Position numbers and translations under genes: made by a program | Assembly (NCBI GenBank): GCA_041687805.1 | Contig: JBDNJK010000031.1 | Span: 22,379-86,378 of the forward strand | Source of the DNA: Acidimicrobiales bacterium | GTDB lineage: Bacteria > Actinomycetota > Acidimicrobiia > Acidimicrobiales > Aldehydirespiratoraceae | Direction: 5' to 3' | Length of the DNA: 64,000 nt | Notes under the pieces: model-generated | What the model was told of the DNA's origin: nothing | Databases searched by the model: none | The model's input: only the letters and a program-made list of their open reading frames with translations | Shown: positions 50,336 to 60,810 of the stretch, piece by piece | Layout: every line of letters begins with the position of its first letter | How positions within the stretch are numbered: the stretch's first letter is position 1

Positions 50336-50363
50336 GAGGCCCGACGCAGATGCGCCGGGCCTC
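50336..50363 (+). terminator. Hairpin after the GNAT gene (gaggcccg...cgggcctc followed by gttt)
   Basis: 8-bp GC-rich outer stem plus an inner 3-bp stem, read directly. Confidence 0.4.
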
Positions 50364-50371
50364 GTTTCGCG

Positions 50372-50454
50372 TGGGCCGAGAAGGATTCGAACCTTCGTAG
50401 GCGAAAGCCGACGGGTTTACAGCCCGTTCCCATTGGCCGCTCGGGCACCGACCC
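50372..50454 (-). tRNA. tRNA-Tyr (anticodon GTA), long variable arm
   Basis: Manual fold: GGGTCGG-TG-CCCGAGCGGCCAATGGGA...GGGCT-GTA-AACCC, variable arm GTCGGCTTTCGCCTAC, GAAGG-TTCGAAT-CCTTC-TCGGCCC-A. Confidence 0.88.
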
Positions 50455-50476
50455 GCGAACGAGGAACGATAGCGGG

Positions 50477-52387
50477 CTACAACTCCTCCGCGACCATGCC
50501 AACGCTGTGAGTTCTGTCGGACGGCTCGATCTCGCTTGTCGCCTCTTCAGATGTATCAGTCGAGTCGGTGGCATCAACAAGTGGGGCCAGTTCTGCGACC
50601 TCTGTAAATCGGGCACCGCCACCGTTGACGTGTTGGCGACCAGCAACTGCAGAGCAGTAGATGATGATCTGATCGAACTGCTCGTCACTGAGTTGCGAGA
50701 ACCTAAGGTAGGCGACGAAGTGACGGCCGGAGCGCGACGATCGCATGACGGAAAGCGACGACGTGAACTTGACCGGAATTCCATCACCCTGAGGCAAACG
50801 GAACGTCAAGGTCAGCGTGTCACCGACCGTCATGGGAGCCCTCGATACAAGGTCGATCCCAGATAGAGAGACACCGATAACAGCCATCTTCGAGCCAACC
50901 TGAATCACCCCGAGCTTCTCGAAGGACCGGAACGTCTGTCTCCCCTGGCGAAGCTTCATCCCCCACATTGAATGCAACGACACGATCAGCAGCCAGAGAG
51001 CGAACCCCAACGCAACGCCTGATATCGCATCGCTGTGGGCGGAGCCCACCATCCCGAGACCGAATACGACCAGGGTTGCCATCAACGCTGTCTGCAAGAC
51101 AATCATCAGAGTGGAACGCTGCGTCCTTCCTGGGCCACGATCGACGAGCTCTGTCTCAGATTCCGAATTTCGCAACACGCGCCATCCGACGATCATGTTG
51201 GTGGTCATGAGACGCAGGTCGCTCGTGATCCAAGGCGTGAAGCCGATCTCCCTGCTGGCCGTCCAACGCAATGCGATCGACGAAGCGTGCCAGGCCACCC
51301 AAAGCGCGATGAGCGGTGCGAAGTCCCCAGAAATCGGCATTGAGGGCGTGTAGAGCGTGGCGAACAGGACGCCGATCAGCATCACCTTTTGCACAGGCTG
51401 GAAGACGTGGACCAGGTAGGAGGACCGAATCCGCCGGGCCATGCTGGGCGACTTGCCATGAGCACGACCAGGTCGACGCATTCGTGCCACCGTCAACTGC
51501 TCATGAAGCTCTCGAGCCCAACGATGTAGTTGTCGATCGTCGTTCCACGCTGCGAGTTGACGGCCAACGATCGCGTCGGACTGCGAAATGGACCAGCCTT
51601 CCGCTCGAAGTCTCCGACCAGCATCGAGGGTGCCGCCCGAACGCCCGGATCCCCATCCGCCGGCCGCTAGCAACTCCTGTCGCTTGGCCACGGCGAGACC
51701 GGGATACCAAGGCAACTCACCGGCAGCGTGCAACGAAGGTCCGATCACACGATCTCTCTGCTGGTCCACGCCATATCCGCCATAGTCGATACTTTTCGAG
51801 GCATTCGTCAGCTCAACTCGGCAATTGACAACCACAACCGAAGAGCCGGCCAACGACGGGACGGTTTGCTTGATCACGTCACGGAGCACAACCACATCGG
51901 CCGGAATCAGCACCAGATAGTCGGACTGTGAGCGACGCAACGCCTTGTTCACCAATGGCCCGATATCGCAACCGGGGACGCCCGGAATCCGATCGACCAA
52001 CAGCCGTCGGGCCAGTTCCGTCATATCGCGGCGGTCGTCCCGGTCAACAATCCAGATACTGCGAATTCCCTCGGCCGAGCGGGCCGCAAGAACGGCCGCA
52101 CGGACCTCGCTGGCGGGCTCACCGGTGACGATCACGATGGCGTCGGCGCCAGAGTCCTCTGACGATTCGAGGCCATCGCCATCTGGTTCGTCTGGCGACG
52201 AATCCGAACCCAGGGCACGAGGGGCACCAACCATCGACATCTCGACTCCTAGTCGCCACATGCCGAAGATCTCTGCCGCGAGCAGCAGAACGAACAGTAC
52301 GGGATTGGTGTCATGCCACGTGAAAACCATTCGCGCGAACAAATACGCGATGGCTGTGATGGTTGCCGCCATTTTCAGTGGAATCAT
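50477..52387 (-). CDS. Membrane-embedded processive family-2 glycosyltransferase (cellulose-synthase-like) with C-terminal PilZ-like domain
   Basis: N-terminal TMs, GT2 core, QxxRW motif (QLHRW), further TMs, then RQTFR (RxxxR) and GVSLSG (xxSxxG) ~17 aa later. Confidence 0.75.
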   Translation of the reverse strand: MIPLKMAATITAIAYLFARMVFTWHDTNPVLFVLLLAAEIFGMWRLGVEMSMVGAPRALGSDSSPDEPDGDGLESSEDSGADAIVIVTGEPASEVRAAVLAARSAEGIRSIWIVDRDDRRDMTELARRLLVDRIPGVPGCDIGPLVNKALRRSQSDYLVLIPADVVVLRDVIKQTVPSLAGSSVVVVNCRVELTNASKSIDYGGYGVDQQRDRVIGPSLHAAGELPWYPGLAVAKRQELLAAGGWGSGRSGGTLDAGRRLRAEGWSISQSDAIVGRQLAAWNDDRQLHRWARELHEQLTVARMRRPGRAHGKSPSMARRIRSSYLVHVFQPVQKVMLIGVLFATLYTPSMPISGDFAPLIALWVAWHASSIALRWTASREIGFTPWITSDLRLMTTNMIVGWRVLRNSESETELVDRGPGRTQRSTLMIVLQTALMATLVVFGLGMVGSAHSDAISGVALGFALWLLIVSLHSMWGMKLRQGRQTFRSFEKLGVIQVGSKMAVIGVSLSGIDLVSRAPMTVGDTLTLTFRLPQGDGIPVKFTSSLSVMRSSRSGRHFVAYLRFSQLSDEQFDQIIIYCSAVAGRQHVNGGGARFTEVAELAPLVDATDSTDTSEEATSEIEPSDRTHSVGMVAEEL

Positions 52388-52490
52388 GACCTACCTGTCG
52401 GCAGCCGAAGAGCAACTTTGAGCGGCCCTCATTCGTTGCCTTTCCAGGTCCTCATTTGCGACTGGCACTGTCCGCGGTAGTTTCCATTCC

Positions 52491-52979
52491 ATGCCGACAT
52501 TCGATGTGGTTTCAGAGGTTGACGACCAAGAGGTGCGCAACGCTGTTGATCAAGCAGCACGTGAGGTGTCCCAGCGCTACGACTTCAAAGGCACCGACTC
52601 GTCGGTCGCACTTGGTGACGACGTGATAAATCTTGCCTCGGCATCTGAAGATCGCTTGGCCGCGCTCCGACAGGTACTCGAAGAAAAGCTGGTGAGGCGA
52701 AAGGTGTCGTTGAAGATCCTCGACTACGGCAATGTCGAACCGGCAGCCGCAGCCTCAGTTCGCCAAACTGCCACCCTTCAGGCTGGCATCAGCTCGGAGA
52801 AAGCCAAAGAACTCAACAAGTTCATCAAGGGTCTCGGATTGAAGGGCGTTCAGTCGTCAACCCAAGGAGACCAACTTCGGGTGCAGGCAAAGAAGCGTGA
52901 TGATCTGCAGTCAGTGATCGCCAAGTTGAAAGAAGGCGACTTCGGGTTGCCCCTTCAATTCAATAACTTTCGCGATTAG
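52491..52979 (+). CDS. yajQ: YajQ family (UPF0234) nucleotide / cyclic-di-GMP-binding protein
   Basis: MPTFDVVSEVDDQEVRNAVDQAAREVSQRYDFKG..., canonical YajQ. 162 aa. Confidence 0.92.
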   Translation: MPTFDVVSEVDDQEVRNAVDQAAREVSQRYDFKGTDSSVALGDDVINLASASEDRLAALRQVLEEKLVRRKVSLKILDYGNVEPAAAASVRQTATLQAGISSEKAKELNKFIKGLGLKGVQSSTQGDQLRVQAKKRDDLQSVIAKLKEGDFGLPLQFNNFRD

Positions 52980-53004
52980 CCAGGTCATGCCCAGCTGAAA
53001 CGAC

Positions 53005-53859
53005 TCAGGCCCAGTTGCCGTTGCGCAACCGGGCGATTCTCTCCGCGGTCGGTGGGTGGGTGCTGAACAACTTGCTCATTCCGCCCTGGCCACGGGCCTG
53101 AGCCTTCAACGGATTGATGATGTAGGCCGAGGCCTGGTTGGGGTCGACGTTGCCGGGGATGCGAGACGCGTAGGCATCAAGTCGCTCCAACGCACGAGCC
53201 AGCGGTTCGCCAGTGCCGATCATTTTGGCGGCGGAAGCATCGGCCTGAAATTCGCGGCTTCTCGAAATTGATGCCTGGATGAGCATGGCCGAAATCGGGG
53301 CAAGGATCGCGAAGGCAATCTCGCCGATCGGGTTACGGTTGCGATTGCTGCCACCGGTGAAGATCGCTCCCCACATGGCCATACGAGCAGCGAAGGTGAT
53401 GCCCATGCCTATGGCTGCAGCCACCGACCCGATCAGGATGTCGCGGTTGCGGACATGAGATAGCTCGTGAGCCAACACGCCGCGAATCTCGTCCCACTGC
53501 ATGGCCTCAAGCAGTCCAGCCGTCACCGCTACCGCAGCGTGACTCGGGCTGCGGCCCGTGGCGAACGCATTGGGCTGCGGATTGGGCGAGACGTAGAGCT
53601 TGGGCATGGGCATTCCGGCCCGGCCGGTGAGTTCCTCCATGATTTGGAAGAACTGAGGCATCTGATCTTTGGTGACCGGCTGGGCGCGAGCCGATTTGAT
53701 AGCGAGCTTGTCGCTGAACCAGTAGGAGCCTCCCACCATGACCAAACCGATGATCATGCCGATGACGAGACCACCCGAACCGCCCAGCGCGCCGCCGGCG
53801 ACAATGGCCAGCCCGCCGAGCGCGGCGAGAAGCGTGAATGTCTTGGCTGTGTTGACCAT
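53005..53859 (-). CDS. htpX: Zinc metalloprotease HtpX (M48)
   Basis: HELSHV motif, four TM segments, 284 aa. Confidence 0.92.
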   Translation of the reverse strand: MVNTAKTFTLLAALGGLAIVAGGALGGSGGLVIGMIIGLVMVGGSYWFSDKLAIKSARAQPVTKDQMPQFFQIMEELTGRAGMPMPKLYVSPNPQPNAFATGRSPSHAAVAVTAGLLEAMQWDEIRGVLAHELSHVRNRDILIGSVAAAIGMGITFAARMAMWGAIFTGGSNRNRNPIGEIAFAILAPISAMLIQASISRSREFQADASAAKMIGTGEPLARALERLDAYASRIPGNVDPNQASAYIINPLKAQARGQGGMSKLFSTHPPTAERIARLRNGNWA

Positions 53860-53901
53860 GGCTCAACGATACGTGCGCGGTGCGAAAGGTGAGTTCAAGG
53901 G

Positions 53902-54393
53902 CTAGTCGAGATTGATGTCGTAGTAGCCGGAGTAGACGTAGATGGTCTCGACATCACATGAGCGATACATCTCCACATTGGACGGGTCGTCGTCCACCGC
54001 CAGCGTGATGACGAAACCGGCCGTACGCAGCAACTCGACCTCGGCTCGTTTGAACGCTGCAGACGATCTGGTGTCTGACCGGGGCCGGGTGATCACCAGA
54101 TCGAACGGAACACGATGTTTCTTCAACCACTCAACCGTGTCGGCATGAACGAAATTCGGTCGGGCACTCAGCACAACGATCGGCAGTGTCACCAGTCTTG
54201 CCAAAGTGACACCAGCGTCGAGAGGCTCGTCGTGAATACCGGCTCCGAAAAAGGCGTCCCAGTCTGGTGCACCTCCGCGCAAATGAACCTGACGCGGAGA
54301 CGCGTCGGACATCACCCCATCAAGGTCGAAAATAACGACCTCGCCAGGAGGAGCAGCGCCCGGCCTGCGATACCAGTTGACCGGGTCGGTCAC
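53902..54393 (-). CDS. HAD-superfamily phosphatase-like protein
   Basis: [11 protein letters not shown] (motif I) and AVDDDP (motif IV). Start overlaps the acs stop by 4 nt. Confidence 0.65.
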   Translation of the reverse strand: MTDPVNWYRRPGAAPPGEVVIFDLDGVMSDASPRQVHLRGGAPDWDAFFGAGIHDEPLDAGVTLARLVTLPIVVLSARPNFVHADTVEWLKKHRVPFDLVITRPRSDTRSSAAFKRAEVELLRTAGFVITLAVDDDPSNVEMYRSCDVETIYVYSGYYDINLD

Positions 54394-56381
54394 TCCTCGT
54401 CGGACTCGGCGGCCCGGTCGCGAATCTCCGTAACCACGTGAGGATCGGCGAGCGTAGTGGTGTCGCCCAGATCGTGACCATCGGCGACATCGCGCAACAA
54501 CCTGCGCATGATCTTCCCGGAACGAGTCTTGGGCAGATCCGGCACGAGGAAGACGGCCTTCGGACGTGCGGTAGGCCCAATCTTCTTGGCGACATGTTGG
54601 CGAATTTCCTCACGCAACGTGTCGGTGACCTCCGCCGCACCGATCAGAATCACGTAGCCGACAATCGCCTGGCCAGTGATTTCGTCTTTGGCACCAACAA
54701 CCGCGGCTTCAGCCACCGCAGGGTGATCGACCAGCGCTGACTCCACCTCAGCGGTGGAAATACGATGCCCCGACACGTTCATCACGTCGTCGACCCGGCC
54801 GAGGAGCCAGAGGTAACCGTCCTTGTCGACTCTGGCACCGTCGCCGGCAAAGTATCGACCCTCGTATGTCGACCAGTAGGTCTGCATGTAGCGCTCGGGG
54901 TCGCCCCAGATGCCACGAAGCATCGCCGGCCACGGGTGGGTGATCGTGAGATATCCGCCGCCCTCATGAACAACCTCACCGGCATCATCGACAACCTCGG
55001 CGAATATCCCTGGCAGTGCGAACGTCGCCGAACCCGGTTTGGTGGACACGACACCCGGTAGCGGAGTGATCATGTGGCCGCCGGTCTCGGTCTGCCACCA
55101 AGTGTCGACAATCGGGCGGGAGCTGCCACCGATGTGTTTGTGGTACCACATCCAAGCCTCAGGATTTATCGGCTCGCCGACCGTGCCCAGCATCCGAAGG
55201 CTCGACAGGTCGTGCATTGCAGGCCACTCCCCGCCCCAGCGCATGAACGTGCGGATAGCGGTTGGAGCGGTATAGAGCTGCGTGACGCCGTAGCGCTCAA
55301 TAATGTCCCAGAGCCGATCCTTGCTCCACTCCGACTTGTCGGCCGAGCGCTCCTCTTCGCGAGGCGTGTCGGGCGTCCCTTCGTACATCACCTGCGTTGC
55401 GCCAAGGGTCAGCGGGCCATAGACGATGTAACTGTGTCCCGTGACCCAGCCGATGTCGGCCCCACACCAGAACACGTCGGTGTCGGGTCGAAGATCAAAC
55501 ACATACTTTTGGGTGAACGCCACCTGAGTGAGATAGCCGCCCGTGGTGTGCATGATGCCCTTGGGCTTTGCCGTGGTGCCCGACGTGTAGAGGATGTAAA
55601 GCAGATCTTCAGCATCCATCGACACCGGCGGGCAATGCGGAGCTGCCTCGGCCATCACATCGTGCCACCACAGATCGCGGCCCTCGACCATCTCCGGGTC
55701 GGTGCCGCAGCGGTCAACGACCACCACATGTTCGACGGTCGGTGCGCCCGCAACGAGTGCGGCATCGACGTTTGGTTTGAGTGCCGACGGAGCACCCCGT
55801 CGATATCCGGCGTCGGCGGTGATGACCACCTTCGCGTCGGCGTCTTCGCACCGATCGGTGATGGCGTCAGGAGAGAAACCGCCGAAGATCACCGAATGAA
55901 CCACACCGATTCGGGTGCAGGCCAGCATGGCAATCGGAAGCTCCGGGATCATCGGCATGTAGATCGCGACCCGATCGCCCTTACCGACGCCGAGGCTGAG
56001 CAGCACATTGGCGAAGCGCTCGACATCTGCCAGCAGCTCGGAATAGGTGATGGTGCGTTTGTCGCCAGGCTCGCCTTCCCAGTGGTATGCGACCTTGTCG
56101 CCGCGACCCGCATCGACGTGGCGATCGAGGCAATTGACGGTCATGTTGAGCTTTCCCCCTACAAACCACTTGGCGTATGGCAAGTTCCACTCGAGGGTGG
56201 TGTGGAAGTCCTCGTCCCAGGTGAGCAGATCTCGCGCCTGGCGAGCCCAGAACGCTTCATAGTCGGCGGCGGCTTCGTCGTAGAGCGAGCGGTCGTTGGT
56301 GAGTGCGTTGGCCGCGAATTCTGGCGGTGGGGCAAAAACCCTGTTTTCACTCTCGTAGATCTCGATTGATCCCTCGGCCAT
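54390..56381 (-). CDS. acs: Acetyl-coenzyme A synthetase
   Basis: 663 aa, [14 protein letters not shown]-binding motif, ...[15 protein letters not shown].... Full-length Acs pattern. Confidence 0.95.
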   Translation of the reverse strand: MAEGSIEIYESENRVFAPPPEFAANALTNDRSLYDEAAADYEAFWARQARDLLTWDEDFHTTLEWNLPYAKWFVGGKLNMTVNCLDRHVDAGRGDKVAYHWEGEPGDKRTITYSELLADVERFANVLLSLGVGKGDRVAIYMPMIPELPIAMLACTRIGVVHSVIFGGFSPDAITDRCEDADAKVVITADAGYRRGAPSALKPNVDAALVAGAPTVEHVVVVDRCGTDPEMVEGRDLWWHDVMAEAAPHCPPVSMDAEDLLYILYTSGTTAKPKGIMHTTGGYLTQVAFTQKYVFDLRPDTDVFWCGADIGWVTGHSYIVYGPLTLGATQVMYEGTPDTPREEERSADKSEWSKDRLWDIIERYGVTQLYTAPTAIRTFMRWGGEWPAMHDLSSLRMLGTVGEPINPEAWMWYHKHIGGSSRPIVDTWWQTETGGHMITPLPGVVSTKPGSATFALPGIFAEVVDDAGEVVHEGGGYLTITHPWPAMLRGIWGDPERYMQTYWSTYEGRYFAGDGARVDKDGYLWLLGRVDDVMNVSGHRISTAEVESALVDHPAVAEAAVVGAKDEITGQAIVGYVILIGAAEVTDTLREEIRQHVAKKIGPTARPKAVFLVPDLPKTRSGKIMRRLLRDVADGHDLGDTTTLADPHVVTEIRDRAAESDEE

Positions 56382-56544
56382 TTGAAGTCCTCCACGATCC
56401 AGTTCCGACGGAGACCTTAGCCAGCCTGCGATTCACCGACAGGATCGAGCCCCTGTACTTCAATGTCGACGGGGATCGCCAGTTCATCACCGAGCTTGTG
56501 TCTTCGTTGATCACATCAGGACGTCGGAACAAAGGGAGACCCGC

Positions 56545-56916
56545 ATGCTTCAGGAATTCAAGGACTTCATCAACAAGGGCAACATCGTCGATTTGGCCGT
56601 AGCCGTGATCATGGCCACAGCGTTCAAACCAATCATCGACTCTTTCGTCAACGGAGTGATGATGCAGATCGTGTCGGCAATATTCGATCAGCCCAACTTC
56701 GACAATCTCACTATTGATCTCGCTGGGACACCACTCTTCTACGGGTCGGTGATCACCACGATCATCAGTTTCCTGATGGTGGCCATAGCTGTCTTCTTCG
56801 TGCTGAAGGCTTACAACGCTTCACAGAACGACGAAGAACCGGCAGTCATTGCTCCTTCCGGGCCCAGCGAGGTGGATCTGTTGACCGAGATTCGAGACGC
56901 CCTGCAGACCCGCTGA
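56545..56916 (+). CDS. mscL: Large-conductance mechanosensitive channel
   Basis: MLQEFKDFINKGNIVDLAVAVIMATAFKPIIDSFVNGVMM..., canonical MscL. Confidence 0.95.
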   Translation: MLQEFKDFINKGNIVDLAVAVIMATAFKPIIDSFVNGVMMQIVSAIFDQPNFDNLTIDLAGTPLFYGSVITTIISFLMVAIAVFFVLKAYNASQNDEEPAVIAPSGPSEVDLLTEIRDALQTR

Positions 56917-56928
56917 CCCGGAGCCGCT

Positions 56929-57360
56929 TCACCCAACAAATATGCACTCCGTGGTAAACGTCGCGCCTGCGACAAGCGTCTTGTGGACAGGACATCGCTG
57001 GGCGATCTCGGCGAGTCGCGCTCGCTGAATTTCGTCGAAGTCGCCTTCGATAAAGATTTCGCTGCGAATCCGGTCAATGCGACCTCGGAGTTCGTCGTCG
57101 CAATCTTCGCAGTCGTCGACGTGAATCTTGTCGTGCTCGTATTTGGCTGAGATCGAGTCGAGCGCCCACCCTTTGCGCTGGCAATACATCGACAAGGTGA
57201 TGCAACTGCACGCCGCCACCGCCGACAGCAACAAGTCGTATGGGTTGGGCCCCGTGTCGGTGCCGCCCGCTTCGACCGGTTCGTCGGCGAGCCAGACATG
57301 GTTGCCGCTACGAAGTTCAACAGCGAAACCAGACTTCAGATCTGCGGTGATGGTGGCCAT
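56929..57360 (-). CDS. OsmC family protein
   Basis: Start at MATITADLKSG (ATG 57360), sharing 1 nt with the kinase stop (TGATG). Has two Cys (AACSCITL and QRCPVH) spaced as in OsmC/Ohr. Confidence 0.85.
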   Translation of the reverse strand: MATITADLKSGFAVELRSGNHVWLADEPVEAGGTDTGPNPYDLLLSAVAACSCITLSMYCQRKGWALDSISAKYEHDKIHVDDCEDCDDELRGRIDRIRSEIFIEGDFDEIQRARLAEIAQRCPVHKTLVAGATFTTECIFVG

Positions 57361-59234
57361 CAGCTGAGGATAGATCCCAGTGGCAACACCACCGTGACAG
57401 TCGTGCCCTTGCCCGAGACCGACGAGACCATGATGTCGCCACCCCACGACCTCACGTTGCGACGCGACGCTGCCAGGCCAATACCATTGCCGTCAGCCTT
57501 GGTGGTGAAGTACGGCTCGAAGATTCGCTCAATCATTGAATCGGGTATCCCGCAGCCGTCATCCTTGACCGATATCGCTGCGTAGGCGCCGGCGGCACCG
57601 CCGGGCGGGGCTGATGCCTCATCGAGTTGAACGTTGGAGACAGCCAACTCGATACGCCCGCGCGGCTCCATCGCGTCGCGAGCATTGACCACAAGGTTGG
57701 TGAGGACCCGTTCAAGTCCGGTGCGCTCGGCCATGGCGACTATTCCCGCCCCATCGGAACTCACGATCAGATCGGCTTGATGTTCGACGAGAACGCCGAG
57801 CGTCCCCGCCAAGCCCGTGACGACAGGGCCCAAATCGATTGCGGCGAATCGACTACGTGATGGCCGGCTGATCGACATCAGATCCTCGGTGATGTCGCAC
57901 GCCCGATCAATCGCCTCGTTGGCAGCTGACACCCGTTCGGTCTCTCCCGGAGAGTCGAGAAGCCCGAGTTGGAACCCGATCGAGGCCAACAGATTGTGGA
58001 TGTCGTGGGCCGCGCTACCCACGACCCCGGCCAACGAGCCGAGCGCGGCGCCGTCGATGAGCATCTCGTCGAGTTCACGCCGGCTGGTCACATCTTCGAT
58101 CGTGCCGACTATTCCTGCATTTCGGGGACGGGTGATCGTGACCCTCGCTTCTCGTGCGTCAGGGACATCGCGGGTTCTGACTTCGGTAGCCAGGCGCCCG
58201 TTGCCGTCCCAACGCGCCAGCTCACTCTTGAGGCGGACGAGGTCTGCGGCATCGAACAATTGCTCCCAGCCTCGACCGAGCAGATCAGCTGAATCGATAT
58301 CGAATTCCGTTGCGACCTTGGCATTCACATAATTCCAGTTACCAGAATTATCTGCCAGAAAGATCCCGATCGGGGCCATTTCCACCAACGCGTTGAACAC
58401 GTTCTGATCGCGAACGCGATCACGTTCCACCTGGCGTCTGACCGTGACATTTCTGGCATTGAGCACGATGCCTCGAACAATCGGATCAGCTTGGAAATCG
58501 GTTATCAGCATCTCCAGCGTGAGCCAGGTGCCATCAGGTCGACTCATTCGAATATCGACGGGTCCCTGAGGCACACCGGAGTTCTCAAGAGCAGAGTTGA
58601 ACAACAGATCGAGCGCCGGAAGATCCGCCGGGTGGACGAAGGTCATCCACTCAAGCTTGACCTTGTCGGTCGATCTTCTGAGCAATGCAGCGACGGTGGG
58701 AGTGATGTATTCCGCGTTGCGGGCAGCATCGAGAATCACGACGACATCACCGGCGCTCGACACGATCGAGCGGAGTCGGCGTTCGCTCTGAGAGAGCCGG
58801 CGTTTGGCTGCCACCCGACTGGTTACGTCACGCGTGGTCGACACGACACCGTTGACCTCTGGCGAATCGATCAGGTTGATCATGTCGGTCTCAACCCATC
58901 TCCAGGTTCCGTCCGAATGCCGCGCTCGGTACTGCAGACGTTGCTGGCTACCGGGGACCTTCAACAAATCATTTTGGGTGGTGACGAATCTCTCGAAGTC
59001 GTCCGGATGAACAATCGACTGGATCATACGGAGCATGAAATCCGAGCTGCTGTACCCGAGAACATATTCAACCGAGTCTGATACCCAGACGCGGCGGTTG
59101 TCGGCATCTCTCAACACGTTGAATTCATTGGTTTGCGCCGACACCGCTTCAGCCACGCCCGGAGGCCAAGCGTTCATTGAACCGCCGGTGCCGACCCAGT
59201 GAGCCGAAGTCAAGTTGTTTGCATCTCGGTTCAT
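57360..59234 (-). CDS. Cytoplasmic multi-PAS sensor histidine kinase
   Basis: Three PAS-like repeats, H-box SAAHDIHNLL, N-box NLVVNARDA, G1 DDGCGI, G2 GNGIGL. No TM segments seen. Confidence 0.88.
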   Translation of the reverse strand: MNRDANNLTSAHWVGTGGSMNAWPPGVAEAVSAQTNEFNVLRDADNRRVWVSDSVEYVLGYSSSDFMLRMIQSIVHPDDFERFVTTQNDLLKVPGSQQRLQYRARHSDGTWRWVETDMINLIDSPEVNGVVSTTRDVTSRVAAKRRLSQSERRLRSIVSSAGDVVVILDAARNAEYITPTVAALLRRSTDKVKLEWMTFVHPADLPALDLLFNSALENSGVPQGPVDIRMSRPDGTWLTLEMLITDFQADPIVRGIVLNARNVTVRRQVERDRVRDQNVFNALVEMAPIGIFLADNSGNWNYVNAKVATEFDIDSADLLGRGWEQLFDAADLVRLKSELARWDGNGRLATEVRTRDVPDAREARVTITRPRNAGIVGTIEDVTSRRELDEMLIDGAALGSLAGVVGSAAHDIHNLLASIGFQLGLLDSPGETERVSAANEAIDRACDITEDLMSISRPSRSRFAAIDLGPVVTGLAGTLGVLVEHQADLIVSSDGAGIVAMAERTGLERVLTNLVVNARDAMEPRGRIELAVSNVQLDEASAPPGGAAGAYAAISVKDDGCGIPDSMIERIFEPYFTTKADGNGIGLAASRRNVRSWGGDIMVSSVSGKGTTVTVVLPLGSILS

Positions 59235-59458
59235 CTACCACCCCGAGCCATGTACGAAACAAGGCTCATCCCACACCACCACCTCAATCGGATCGCCGAC
59301 GGCGCTCTTGACCGAACCCCGGAGAATATTCCAGAAATAGGTCCTCCGACCTACATTTCGTGAGACTTCACTCAGAATGTATGAGCAGTTGCCGATGGGT
59401 CCGAGTCGGCCGGTACATAAATCGGCACAGATCGACATGTGTTGAAGGGACTTGGGAA

Positions 59459-60130
59459 ATGGCGATTCGCATCTACCTGCTTGATGACCATGAGATGGTG
59501 AGGCGCGGCCTACGAGACATCCTGGCGGCCGAACCCGACATCGAAGTTGTCGGCGAGGCCGCAACTGTGGCTGAGGGCGTCAAGGGGATCACAGCATCAC
59601 GACCTGACGTGGCTTTGGTCGATGTCGTGCTACCCGACGGCACCGGCATCGAGGTGTGCGAGGCCGTCGCCAAGCTCTGCCCAGATGTGAAGACGCTCAT
59701 TCTCACTTCGTTCTCAGACGACGAAACGCTGTTCGCAGCACTCGATGCTGGAGCCTCCGGCTACGTGCTCAAACGCGTAGCCGGTAGCGAATTGGTGAGT
59801 TCGGTACGCGCCGTATTCGAGGGACGGTCGCTGGTTGACCCCCGCCTCACAGATCGAATGTTCAACCGCCTCCGGTCTGGCATGTCAGCGGAGGAGGAGC
59901 GACTCTCGGTTCTCAACGATCGCGAGCGAAAATTGCTCGAGCTAGTAGCCGAAGGGCTCACCAATCGCAGCATCGGAGAACGCCTCCACCTCTCGGAGAA
60001 GACCGTCAAGAATTACGTCTCCGCCATACTCCACAAGCTCAGGATGGACACCCGCACCGAGGCTGCCGTCTTCGTCACACAACTCACTGCTCGTCACCAC
60101 AGATATATCTCGATGGCCCGGGGCGGCTGA
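59459..60130 (+). CDS. NarL/FixJ (LuxR-type) response regulator
   Basis: Start at MAIRIYLLDDHEMVRRGL (ATG 59459). LuxR HTH LNDRERKLLELVAEGLTNRSIGERLHLSEKTVKNYVSAILHKL. Divergent from the PAS kinase. Confidence 0.9.
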   Translation: MAIRIYLLDDHEMVRRGLRDILAAEPDIEVVGEAATVAEGVKGITASRPDVALVDVVLPDGTGIEVCEAVAKLCPDVKTLILTSFSDDETLFAALDAGASGYVLKRVAGSELVSSVRAVFEGRSLVDPRLTDRMFNRLRSGMSAEEERLSVLNDRERKLLELVAEGLTNRSIGERLHLSEKTVKNYVSAILHKLRMDTRTEAAVFVTQLTARHHRYISMARGG

Positions 60131-60276
60131 CGCCGTTGCAGTCCACCATTTCCGACGAGATCTGAGCCGAACCGGCCAAGAGCCAATCTGTACCGAAACG
60201 AACACTCTCAGAATCCACCGCCCTCCGACTCCGTTCCGTGTGTGTCCCCCCGCACACGACACAGACCGGAAGGCAG

Positions 60277-60810
60277 ATGAGCACTCTGACCGTCACCAAG
60301 AGGCAACGACACGGCATTGTCGCTTCGGCGCTCGCGTTGCTTGCCACAGTTGTGATCTCGATCAGCGCCTTCGGCGGTAGCAGCCTGATCTCGAGCGACA
60401 GCGACCTACCCACCGCGTCATTCGAATTGTTCAACGGCGGCGACACAGCGTTCGCCGACTTCGCCGGCAAGCCTCTGGTAATCAATTTTTGGGCCTCTTG
60501 GTGTCCGGCCTGTGTAGGTGAACTACCGGACATTCAGGCAGTTCATGAACAGTTTGGAGACGACGTGACCATCCTCGGGATGGCCAACGCCGACCAGCGA
60601 GATGCGGCGCTTACGCTCGCCAATGAGGTCGGCTTGACCTACACCCTGGGCGACGACCCCGCCGGGGAGCTCTTCCGCTCGCTCGATCTGTTCGCCATGC
60701 CAAGCACGATCTTCGTCAGCGCCGACGGCCAGATCCAAGAGGTGTTCGGAGGCCAGCTCAACGAGAGCGCCCTCGTTGACCGAATCAGTAATTTGATCGA
60801 GACATCATGA
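60277..60810 (+). CDS. TlpA/ResA-like membrane-anchored thiol:disulfide oxidoreductase
   Basis: Start at MSTLTVTKRQ (ATG 60277, GGAAGG upstream). Signal anchor. WASWCPACVGELP thioredoxin motif. Confidence 0.88.
   Translation: MSTLTVTKRQRHGIVASALALLATVVISISAFGGSSLISSDSDLPTASFELFNGGDTAFADFAGKPLVINFWASWCPACVGELPDIQAVHEQFGDDVTILGMANADQRDAALTLANEVGLTYTLGDDPAGELFRSLDLFAMPSTIFVSADGQIQEVFGGQLNESALVDRISNLIETS

Noticed and set aside
59353-59380. Idea that the palindromes near the two LuxR-type regulators (6299-6314 and 59353-59380) are the same operator, since both contain ACATT...AATGT
   Set aside because: The shared part is only 5 bp per half-site and the spacing is very different (4 versus 18 nt). 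That is insufficient to claim a common motif without a genome-wide search.
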